A stretch of DNA of 25,660 bases from Amoebophrya sp. A120 (taxonomy: Eukaryota > Protista > Dinoflagellata). Positions within the stretch are counted from its first letter, which is position 1; each line of letters begins with the position of its first letter. A model generated the notes under the pieces. That model did not search any database. It was not told the origin of the DNA and was given only the letters and a program-made list of their open reading frames with translations. Shown here piece by piece: positions 1 to 12,200 of this stretch. Location: contig CAJINV010000037.1 in NCBI GenBank assembly GCA_905178155.1, forward strand, positions 47,274-72,933. The letters run 5' to 3'. Both the position numbers and the translations under genes were made by a program.

Positions 1-217
1 GTTTAGTTGTGTTTCCTGCGAGCCCCCCCCTCGACCCCCCCCCAAAAGCTGTAGCATTCGGCCCGCATGCGCGTTGGCGGGCTAGCCAGAATAGGTCCGC
101 TAAATGTAAACTCTAAGTCCTGCTCGCGAGCATAAAACCTTACCGCATGTAATACGCCTTCTTTAACGATAAGAGCCCAAAGACGCGACCCTTTCAACAT
201 TTTTCCCCTGTTTCATA
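1..217. mobile_element. Probable further element/intron truncated by the window edge
   Basis: On the minus strand TATGAAAC begins at 217, in the middle of a repeat module, and the frame stops 7 codons later. The partner terminus is not in the window. Confidence 0.45.
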
Positions 218-3200
218 AATGTGCGCAAACGGTTTCGAATCGTCGCACTCGCTGATGCCGTACATCTTCTCCAACTCCCCTATGCAGAAGTTGTGTTCGC
301 ACACGTCCTTACTGTAGAACGCGAAATCGACGTAGGACGGATCCGGGATGATGATGTTCTTCAGCAAAACATGGTTTTTCGAGTCATCGCTCTTCTGATA
401 CCCAGGCTGGTGTCTTTCCTGTTCGTCGAAAGAGAGACCACTACCCGCTGCTGCTCCGCTACTTGATGTTACACCAACGCTCCTAGCGGAGTTTACCGTC
501 TGTTATCAACTGCAAAAATGTCTGGGTCCGGAAGGATGGAACTTTTCATGCTCTCTTTGGATTCCAAAAATATCTGTATTGCGTAAGGAGCAAGAGGAGT
601 CCAGTTTGTGCCACGCGGCGGGGCTATTCCTCATGCGGTATAGGCATCAGGAAGCCCTCGCAAAATCTCTGATGCTAGGTCATGCATTACAGGCATCATC
701 GTTTATGCAAAATGTGCATGAGAAGTGTTCCAATCTTCCAGACCCAGACACTTTTGCATTTGATATCTGTGCGGAGTGCACAATGTTCGAATCCCGGTTC
801 CACGTGACAGAATGCTCAAGCTCCTCTAGGTAACAGGGGTACTGAACATCGAGTTCAACAGCGGAAGAACTTGTGCTGGTTTTTCCGCTTGATGTAGTTG
901 ATGCAGCAGTTATTACTGGACACTTCGGAAATCTCTCCTTCAGCCCTGTCTGCCAGTCCGGCCCGCAACCTTCGAGCGGCCTTATTGCGGGCGGGAACGA
1001 CTTCAAACAGCAGTCATTGTACCTCTGTAAGTGGCAAATCGAGTCCGAGTAGCAGGATTTCTGCGGTATCATGGAAGAAGCTGCAGCACCAGTCATGTTA
1101 CTCGCTGCTAGTTGTGCTTGATACAGCTGCCCCTTCGTGTTTGCCGCTTTCTCACTTCTTTTGCAGGAAATTGTTTTGTGGTAGAAGGTGATCCGGAGAA
1201 GATCTTCGACCGAGCCGGAGGGGGATGTAATCGTCCCAGTTGTGACCGCTTCGAAGCAGACAGAGTGAGCAGAAGACCCTGGTGCGAACCGAGAGCCAGC
1301 AGGACTCTCTGTTGCGTTCAAACAGGGCGTTGCGTAAGAGAAACCACCCCCCGCATTCAACGGTACCGGTGAGCCGAACAACTCGGAGTAATCCGACGTG
1401 CCATTCTGCACGTTCTCAAACACGACTGAATCTGAGGTGGTGGAATCAGCACTCGCAGCGGAGAAGCAGAACGCGCTCGAAGTGGAAGGTGATCCTGCTC
1501 CCGCCGTGGCCGTTGCCAATTCTTCACAAGAAGAAAACCCCCTGGTCAGCAGATCCTTCCAACAGATATCATTTGCACAGGTGCCCTGCTCCGGGGATTT
1601 CAAGATAAACGCCATATCAGATTTCTTCCCGTCGTCGAGTTCCAAGCGGTTGAACTCGGATAAACTTGCTGCACTTGGTGATGCAGCAGCACTACTTCCT
1701 CCAGCAACCGAAGAACTAGCTTCATCCACCGTGTAGCTCCAGCACACGCTCGGGTTGCTGTAGTCGAACTCATTACACCTGTCTAATTTCGGGAAGATCG
1801 AGTACAGCTCTGTAATGCGGTACACCTCGGGTGGCGGAGGTGTTGTCGTCGCGGTCAAAGCTGATTTCGCCGTGAAATTCATCCGCGGCCGAACCGCCGA
1901 CATGGGCATGACGTCCTCCACGACGAAGGACCCCTCGTGCCACCGTAAACTGATATCCGCAACAGCAATTCCGGAAGTTGTTGCTGTGTCGTTCGCAGGT
2001 ATGAACTGCAAAAGTATCGTACTCGTATAAATGCATGACAAATTCCCTCAGCATGAGAAATGAAATTTGTAATGGGAATTTACCTTGAGAACAAAATTTG
2101 TAATGCATGACTGCAATACGAGTACGATACTTTTGCACAGGATAGCAGGCGCACTTCCGCAACTGTTCGGAACTTCGCGCAACCGCTGCTCGTAGGTTTA
2201 TCGCAAGAAAAAACTGTTTCACTGTGAACTTGTGATGCAGAAAATGGATCGCAGAAGTGTGTGTCATGCTGCACATGCAAGACAATGGATTTCTAGCTGT
2301 GTTTTCCCTTAGGAACACCGCATGACAGCTTTTCAGTGTCATGCGTAGCAAACTTGTGATGCAGATTTTGCACAACAACCACAGTGAAACAGTTTTTTCG
2401 TGGGATAAGGTTGCTAACTTCTGTAATAACCCCGTGTAGTCCGGGGGAGTGACGGAATCCGGCCCGTACTCGGACTTTGGCATGCTGTTGTACCAAGAAG
2501 GGTGAACTTCATCGGAGCATTGGCAGAACGCTTGCTCGTTCGGCTGGTTGAAGGTGTAGTTGCAACCGAGGTCGACAGCGGTGTCTAGTGCGGCGCAGGT
2601 ATCATCTGCACCGCCTGAAGATCCAGCCGAAGTTGCATTTCCAGAATGGTTACCGCCACTTGAATTCGTTCCTGTACTACTACTCGACGTCCCACCAGTG
2701 CTCATCGTGTTGTTTCCAGCGGGAAACGCTGCGACGCAAGACAACTGGTGCATCGCACAATAGCCACTGCAGGTCGGCTGGTAGGTCTTGTGATTCGTGT
2801 CGAGATATTTCCACGCGGTGAGGACCGTGCAGTTGCCGCAGAAGACGTTTTGTGATGCAGAACTCCCGGCGCCAACATCTTCAGTTGCTGCAAATTGGAA
2901 CATCGAAGGATTGACGCACGGTGACTCGTAGGTGTTTGTGATAGCACTGGTTTGTCCGGCTTGACCTTCATCTCCAGATGAATTGGTAGTTCCATTCGCA
3001 GAAGAATTCCCGGAACTCGCAGCCGCTTTCGCCGCCGCTTTCCCGGAACTCGCAGCTGAGGATGCCGACGAACTACTCGATGTCGTGTTGGTCTCGTTCC
3101 CCGATGAGTTTGTCATGCTCGTTTCATTACCACCAGCAGCACTCGCAGCAGCCGCACCACCACCCTCTACCTCTTCCTCCCGCACATACCCGAACATTGG

Positions 3201-6200
3201 CAACGGAACGTCCCCACACTCGCAAATCGCGGTTTGAACGCCATCCGGGAACTCGTACTCACACCCAACCGGCTCCCCGTAGCCATACGGCGACCGGAAG
3301 GAACATGTCGGGTAGGTGCTGTGGCCCTCAGCCTCGTAGAACCCGTTCCTGCAGTACTTCCCCTGTTTTTTACAGTACTTATTGCAAGTTTTCGTGTCGG
3401 ATTGAATTGTGTGCACCACTTTGCACTTCTTGCAAACGATATTCCTAGGGTTGATGAACTCATCGAACTCGTGCATCGGGAACAGTGGATTTTCCTTCTC
3501 GTCACACTCATCACAATGCCTCTGCACGTCCGTGAAAAACTTCGTGTCGCAGGTCGGGGAGTGTTTTAGAGCGAGGACCAATTCAGTGACCGATGGGGTT
3601 GTCGTCGTGGTTGAAGTGGACGTCACTGTCGACGTGCTGGTGATTGTAGTTGTGATCGTGCTTGTCGTAGTCGAGCTTGTCGTGGAAGTAGAGGTAGTCG
3701 TCGTCGTAGACGTCGTAGTGTAGTGCGCGTTGGGGCAGTAAGTCGATTCAAACCGCGCTCTTGTCCCAAACGCGCTTGTGCAGTAGCTCGCCACCTGCAC
3801 CGGGTTGGATTCGATCTGACCCAAATAAAACGCACACCGCTCCGCAACGTAGTCGGACAAAATACTGCAAGTACATTGCACAGACAACTTGTTACACTCC
3901 GCCCTCACTTCCGACGCCCAGGTGTTTTGATTCACCTGCGACAACCTATGAAAGTGCACAACCCCCTCCCCCTGATTTGTATATGTATTGCATGAACAGC
4001 AATACAAACACCAGCACGCGTGGAGCCTGTGCATGACAAATTCACGCACCTAGTGTAGTACTGTTTGGGCTTCCGGAATCTGTCATGCAAACAATACCAC
4101 AGGAAAGCGCTTGGATTTGGGGTTTTGCATGGCAAATGAGAGGGAGGGGGAGTTGTGCACTCTCATACAACCCGACCTGTGTGTACTCCGCAGCGAGCGT
4201 CAACATCGCGGTGTAAATGTTATCGCAACAGAAGGAGTACTCTCCGTGGTTTAGTTTTCGAATTGGGAGTCGTTTGGGGTCTGTTAGAGCTGCGCGGCGG
4301 TTCTCTAACTCGACGAGGACGCTGGTTGTACTACTGCTTGGGAACAACTGCAAGGACCTTCTGATGTGCGGAGGGGCTGGCGTAGTCGTATACACGAGCA
4401 AGTGCCCCGTCTCATGCCCCAATTCCACCGTCGGCTGGAAGTTATTCGCCCACTGCATCGTGAATTGCGTTGCGGGGGAGCGGCATTCGCAAATAGCATC
4501 ACTACTTGTGTACTCGAACTCACACCCCTTCGGCCGGATCTCAAAGTGCTTGTTGCACTGCGATTGGGACTGTTGATTTTGTCCACCACCATCAGATCCA
4601 GCATTACCGTTTTCCTGTGCTGGCGGGGGAGCGACGAAGCTGTTTTTGCACAACAATCCAAGCTCGAGGCAGAATTGCTTGCAGGACGCAGGTTTTGAAA
4701 CAGCCACCGGCAACTGATGCTCGAACTTCACGACCGCGCTGCAGTCCTGACAATCTTCGTGAACGGTGGCGAAGAGCGGGTCCATAAGTGGCGGCGAAAA
4801 TGAACTACTGGTAGAAGATGATGAGGCTTCTACCCATTTGCTGCTGTCACAGCCAATATTCAATCTCTCGTGCGTCGTCAGCGTAGTTGTGTGATTACTT
4901 GATCCAGCTGCAGATGAACCGTGCGCCAGTGCTGCAAGCGGATCGATCACCTCATTCACAAACCCGCCTTCCATCCGCGCTTTCGTGAACCGCACTGCGT
5001 CTGCCAGATCGTGAATAGTTTTCACGTCGTGACTATTCCCGAGATGCAGCACAGCAGCCGGATTGGTTTTCGGCTCGAGGGATGCGAGAGTCGATTCCGC
5101 TTTCGTGACCATGATGTCGCGGACCGGAACGTCGCCGACGGCAGATGCTATGAAATCCTTATCGTGGAACAGCAAAGAACTCGCATCGTTCAGCCGTTCC
5201 AAAGCCTTGTTGCAGCTCGCCGCGATATCGTAAAAGGTCAGCTCTGGATTCTCATTGTGCTGTCCGATAAAACAGACGTCGTTGTTCTGCACGTAAGGAT
5301 CTTCGTCCACAAGAAAGATGTTTTTGATCCGGATCTTGCTGCTTGATCTCGTCGCGGTCGTTTGTTGTTCCACAATCTCTTCGTAACACGGCTCTGGATT
5401 CAAGCCCTTGGTGATCATCGCGTCACCCGACGCGTGTGGCTGCCCGACCAAGTATCAACTGTAAGAATGTCTGGGTCTGGGAGAATCCAACTTGTCATGG
5501 TGATTTTGGATTCTAGAAAAATCTGTATTGCATGAGCAGCAAAGAGAGTCCAAGTTTTGCTACACGGAAAGAGCATTTGTCATGCAGTATAGGCATCAGG
5601 AAGCGCTCACAAAATCTGTGATGCTAGGGCATGCATCACAGACATCAGGAGTCATGCAAACTGTGCATGACATCTTCCAGACCCAGACATTTTTACATTT
5701 GATACCAAGCTGCAATCCCTTAATTTTGTTTTTATCTGGTTCGTCCAAGAATCTGCAGCAGCTACGACGCCACTACTGGTACCCGTCGCACCACCAGCTG
5801 CTTCACTACAATCCGACGCGAACTCCTCACTCGGGAAGCAACTCCCGGTGACTTTCCCGTGTGAAAACCCCGTCGCAACATTCCTCCGCAGACAGCAGTC
5901 GTTGAATCTCGGCCGGTGGCAGATACTGTCGCAGTAGCAGTCCTGCCGGTTAGACAAATCTAGAGGACAGGCGTGCGTGCCGTAGAAGAAAACGGTTTGA
6001 TTCACAGAAGCCGGAACGTAGCAGGTCTGCATGATGTGGGTGTGGTTCGTGTCGTAGTGCGGGATGGTGAAATTCACGCGGAGATAGTCTTCCACTTCAA
6101 GTTGTTGGTCGAGGGTGAGGGACTGCTGCGCCGTGATGTAATCGGGGGTGACGAAGGCGAATTGGTCGAACAGCGGCTGGAGATATTCCGCCGGGCATAA

Positions 6201-9200
6201 ATGGTATTCGTCAATAACCCGCTCGTAATCTTCGGCGGTTAGGTTCTGGAACATAATCATGTCGTCCACGATTCTGTCTTCTGGCTCCGTCCAGCAGTTC
6301 TCCGTCACATCGACATCCGGAGTTTGTGATACAGAACCAGCTGCAGAAGTGACATTTGTGTCGTTCACATCGTCCTGGCCATCGGTGTTCAGAGCACTTC
6401 GGTTGCTGTGATGTTGTTGAGCACTGTGATTTGTCATGTTGGAGCCGTTTGCGCTTACATTTGAAGTCCCGTTGGCGAAAGAAGTTGCGCCTACCTCGTC
6501 ATCCGTGAAGTTTGTTGCGTTATCCACCTGGCTTGAAGCAGTAGCAGCAACCACAACCGGCTTCGGCACGTAGCACTGCTTCCAGGGCCGGACGATCCGC
6601 GGTTTCCAGCACTGCCACGCGCAGAATTCCGGCGGTTTCACGACTAAAGCTGTGGTAGAGACCCGTCTGTGACAAAGGAGGTTCCCATTAGTTGCAGCTG
6701 AGGAACTACTGTCGATAAACGACTCTAATGTGCTGGGTGCGTCATTGCCCAAAACATTCAGTGGAATTTGGTTCTCCGCTTGTTGTCCCGACGACATGTT
6801 CAAAACTTTCCCCTGAACCGGCTTTGCTTTGAAGAACGGCGGGACGTGGGGATACTCATATCAAGTGTAAAAGTGTCTGGGTCTGGAAAATTATGAGACT
6901 TGTCATGCACGTTTTGCATGACTCCTGATGTCTGTGATGCATGCCCTAGCATCACAGACTTTTTGAGGGCTTCGTGATACCTATTCCGCATTACAAATGC
7001 CCTCTCCGCGTAGAAAAAATTGCATTCCCTTTGCTGGTCATGCAATACAGATTTTTTTGGAATCCAAATGCAGCATCACAAGTTCGGATTCCGCCAGACC
7101 CACACATTTTTGCATTTCATAACTCACCCTCTGTCACCACGTACCCGTAGCCCCAGATCAAATCGCCGTCGGAATTTTTGATGTTTTTGTTCGAAAAGTC
7201 CATGCCGTTCGCCTTGTCTAGGGTGCATAGAGGGTTAGAATTCGGGTCGAATTGGCGGCTAACCCCAGTCTGCTGGTAGCAGGAAACTATGCATTCCAAA
7301 AGTGTCTGGGTCTGGAAACTTGTGATGCTGGGTGGCGTATCATGAGGAGGCCACAAGTGCTGGCTCAGCATGACAAGCTTCTTAGCATATAGGTGTTGCC
7401 TATTCTGCATAACAAACTGCGTCTCTGCATGACAGATAAATGGGGTTTTTGGGTAACGTGCATGACAGATTGCAGAGTAATGCCAGACAAGCATGACAAA
7501 CGTGCACTCTTCCAGACCCAGACACTTTTACATTTGATAGAAACTGTCGCTAAACCAGCACACTTCGAATAAATCGGAAACCCGTCCAACATGTACCCGA
7601 GGAGACTGCAAGGTTTTACCTTCTCACAATTCTTGCTGCAGTGCTCCTTCTGCCCCGATTGTAAATTGTGGTGGTGATAGAAGCAATCCGTGTTGGAATG
7701 CCCCGAGCAGCCGTCGAAAGACCTGGGGTTATCCTCCTCCTCACTGAACAAAAACGCGCCGGTCTTCAACACCCCGATGATTTGGTCTCTAGGCGTCTTC
7801 ACCATCTGATACTGATTCTCATGTGGATAAACGTCCGGGAATAAAGGAAGCTCAAATTCATACGGCTGCTCACAAACAACATTCCCGTTGGCGTTTTCCG
7901 GTGATCTTTTGTGATGGTAGACGTGGATCGGGATCCCGTTGGTCTTGATTTGTCTGATTCTGTTCCGGACGATTTCTTCACTGTATCTGGACTGCAAATG
8001 GTTCCCGCAGTCCCGGTGATTCGGTATTCTGTCGCAGGTACTTGCACTTGGGATTCGTGGGGTTGTGATAATCGCGCCGCTCATTCCCATCGCGATATTC
8101 GCGCCGTAAGTGGTTAAAGCGGTTCTGTCCTGCGTGGCCCGGTAATTGTCTACCAAGGAATCCGCTTCTTGCCAACTTTCTACATAAGGTCCGAGAATGT
8201 AGTCCCTGACAGAGATCGAAGCGTTTGTGTGGTCGTAGAGGTAGTCGTCGTAGCAGGGGAGCCCGTTTTGCCTCGTGAAATCGCTGCACTTCATCAAATT
8301 TGGGAGCACGGAATGTGAATTGCAAAAGTATCGTACTACTCGTATAAATCCATTACAATTGAAATTTCCTTTTCCTCAGCATGAGAACAAAAATTTGTAA
8401 TGCTGACTTACCTTTGGAAAAAGATTTTTAATGCATGATTGCAATAAGAGTACGATACTTTTGCACAGGATACGGAAGTCGGCCCGACGATATCCTTTAC
8501 GCAGAACTGGTTTTTGCAGTCGTGGTTTTGTAAGTTGAAGTTTTCCAGCACGATTTCCTCCGACTGCTCATCCAACCGGTAGCAGGGTAGGATTTCCTCG
8601 TCCGGGAAGGGTTTGTCGTAGTAGTGGTAATGCTGTTCTACTTGAGAAGCACTATCCTGCGTCACCTGCCCCCCGTTAACATGCGACGCCAAGCTGCGCC
8701 GAAGCCCGGGGCCGCTCCCAGCAGCAGTATTCGTGTTGCCCGAGCCTGAAGATGAGTTCGAGCTAGCGCTTCCGCTCCACACGTTAGACCCACCCGATGC
8801 ACCAGCACTGGAGGTCGTTGCATACGGCCTTCCCGCCAATACCTCCGCACACTTCGGCAACGCTAATTTCTGCACAAAAACCTCCCGAATCGTCTTCTGC
8901 AAAAAGTTATCAACTGCAAATTTATCTGGGTCTAGAAGGATGCATAGGTTTGTCATGCACATTTTGCACGCCTCCTGACGTCTGTGATGGGTTCTCTAGC
9001 ATCACAGACTTTGTGAGGGCTTCCTGATGCCTATACCGCATGAGAAACGCCCTCTCGCTGTGGCAAAAACTGGATCTCTTTTGGTGTTCATGCAATACAG
9101 ATTTTTTTAGTATCCACATGCAGCATCACAAGTTGCAATCTTCCAGACCCAGACATATTTGCAATCCATAAAAGTTCACCCCCGACTCGCACGTCGCGTT

Positions 9201-12200
9201 TTTCGGGAAATCGCCAAACTCCACCGCCGCTGATTTACACCGCAAGCAGCAGTCGTTCGCCTTCTCGCAAAAGGAATCGCAGTAGCATTTTTTCCTCTCG
9301 ATCGGGCAGTTCGTCGGTCTGCGGTAGCTGTGCAGCTGGTCTTCCTGTTTGTAGCTCATGGTGTTGAAGACACTTGGTGTCTGGACCATCGCGGAGGGTG
9401 CTTCCTGTTCTGGCACTGCTGTGTAGTTCTCGGGCATGAGAATGATTACTGCGTCTTGGTTCATCATCCCGTGTTGGAAAAACTCCAAACTGTTTGCGAA
9501 GAACCGGATTTTCTGGCTTTTGCCGTGCATAGAGTAGCACGTCTGCCGGTCCGTGAAGTTTTCAAAGACTTGGAACAAGAGTGGTGGAGGACTTGTACTA
9601 TTCGAGCTGCTGTTACTGCTGTTCAGACTTGAGTTGCTTCCAGCGAAGTCAGTGTCAGATGCATTCACGGCATAATTATCCGACGTGTTGCTGATGTTGC
9701 TCCCATTTGTCGTCCCATTCGTCCCATTCATATCACTTTCGTTCTTCATCCAATACTGCGTCGCCAGAATGTCCTCTTCATCCATGTCGCTGCTAGTCGT
9801 AGCCGGCGGCGCGACAAACATCCCGACAGAATTCGCATCGCATTCCACGAAGGATTCGCTATCAATCCTCGCTTGCAACGCGGAGTCGATCGTTGTAGCG
9901 GGATTACTTCCAGGCAGCACAGGAGCAGTAGACACAGTAGTTGTAGCATTCCGAAAGATCAAAGAGTTCATCTCATCCTCGAAGCAGAGAGTATCTTCAT
10001 TCGCTGTCATGCAGTCGTGAAACCCGCGGAAGATTTGGTCTTTCCAGCACTCCTGTTCGCACTTGTCGGAGGTTTTGATTTTCACAGACGCAAAGATGTT
10101 GGGGAGGGAGACTACAGAAGTTTGCTGCGATTGAGACGCTAGGTCGGCTTGTGTTGTTGTTATGCAATACAAATTTCCCGCACATGTACAACATGCATCA
10201 CAAATTTCATCAATTCGGAGCGTAACACTTGTCATGCTAAACTAGAATCGAAGCCCAGTTTTGTCATGCAGAGACTGCATTTGTACGTGTACAGGAAATT
10301 TACTGTGGATAGTTGTAGTGTTCGTTCCATTCGACGCGTTACTGCTACCGGCCGGTGCTCCCCCTGCTTGCGCTTGTTGCGCAGCTCCCTGTTGATGAGA
10401 CGACAACATTCTGGGATAACCACCTGCGACAGTGCCCGCTGTCGCATTCGCAGAGCCTGTTCCTGTTGCCCCGGATCCCGACGAGGTACTGCTATTCGTC
10501 GCCATCGGCGGCAAGTAGTCCCAACAGGCCTCCATTCCAGCACCACTACTCCCAGATGCACTACTAGAAGACTCACCAACCAGAAACGGATTACACCGCC
10601 CAATCCCGAACATCTTCTCAATGTCGTTTACGGAGAAGAACTGGTAATTGTTCACAAACCTTGAATTCAACTCCGATTTCAACGTCATAACCTTATTCGA
10701 CGGCTCCTCCGGCCCAAAAAACGGATCATAGGCAATTTCCCGGTAAACGCGAACCCCGTGCTGGGTATACACCGGCTCGCCGACCATTTTCGCAAAAAGC
10801 GGAGTGAGTAGATCCGGGAGATGGGGGTGTTGCGCCGGTGTTGTCAAGTTGGCGGTAACGTTCAGTAGCTCGTGGTCGCAAGGTCGTTCTTCTTCTGTGT
10901 AGATCGGAACGTTTTGGGGGTTAAGGGTTGCGATGGTGGATCTGCACAGCATCTCCTTTTTGTGTCCGTAGTTCTTGTGCTGGAATATCGGCAAGCGGCT
11001 GTTCAGGGTCTGCATGTTCTGCATCAGAACTTCGGCGGAGGTAGGGGCTGAGGAGGTTGACGCGGGGGCATTCGATGATCCACCTCCACCACCTGAAGAT
11101 GTTGAGCCGCTTTGTTGCAACATCCTCCTGCTCCCCAGCACTGCAGCACTCGCCACCGGCGCAGCCAATACCTGGTCCCCAAAAACCGGCGGTTGGTTCA
11201 ACGTCTCATTCGGTAAATGCCCGTTGTTCCAGTTGCTGTAAAACAAAGACCCATACGTGATTTCCTTCCTAACCACATCTTCCAACACCAAATCCTTCGC
11301 CAACGCCGCATCGTTTCTCCTACTCGTCGCATCCAAACAGGGCTCGACCTGGGTTGGTGGAGTAGTGGTCGTTTGTGCCGCAGTGTCAGACGCTGCAATA
11401 CTTTCTGAATCTGTCATGGTGAGAACGTCCGGGACGCCGGTTGACAGAAGCTGCAGAGCTGGTGCTGGGCCTTGTTGTTGTCCAGCACTTCCTCCTTGCA
11501 CCGGACCACACGTGTTGAATTTCTCTTCGAACTTGAAATCGAAAGAACAGGACTATGAACTGCAAAAGTATCGCACTCGTATAAATGCATTACAAATTTC
11601 CTCAGCATGAGAAATAAAATTTGTAATGCGGATTTACCTTTAGGAAAAAATTTGTAATGCATGACTGCAATACGAGTACGATACTTTTGCAATGCATAAG
11701 GACTCACTCGCCCCGATTTTCTCTTTCTCACTGTCCCAACACTCGGTGGATAAACAGCAGTCCCGGTACCTTTTCTCGTTACACAAATCGTCGCAGCTGC
11801 ACTGAAACGTCCGCGGTGGGCAAGCCCAGAGCCCGTAGAAGTGGACTTTCGTTGCTACAGAATCTGTCATGCCGTCTTCCACGACGTAGCACACCGGCCC
11901 GGAGTGGTTCTTCGGTGTGGTTGGGAACTGATTTGCCTGTTCTAGCTCAGCTGCTGTCATGTTCTGCTCCAGTTGGTCTAGATTCAGATAATCCTGGATC
12001 GAGTGGTAGAAGAAGTTGCTGTAAGATGCTAAACCGTTCTCGTCAATCGCGGTGCTATCAAATGTAAAAATGTCTGGGTCTGGAAACTTGTAATGCTGAG
12101 TGACGTAGCATGAGGAACCCCAAAATGATGGCCCAGCATGACAAGTTTCTGAGCTTCTAAGTGTTGCCTATTCTGCATGACAAACTGCGACTCTGTATCA

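Larger units (their letters stand above)
6815..8015 (-). other. YHYH-like domain 2 (variant YHHH), split by two elements
   Basis: Motifs IKTNGIPIHVYH, FELPLFP, IIGVLKTGAFLF, DGCSGH-x5-YHHH, LLGYMLDGFPIY, LDKANG, YGYVVTEGEYPH; colinear paralogue of domain 1. Confidence 0.75.
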
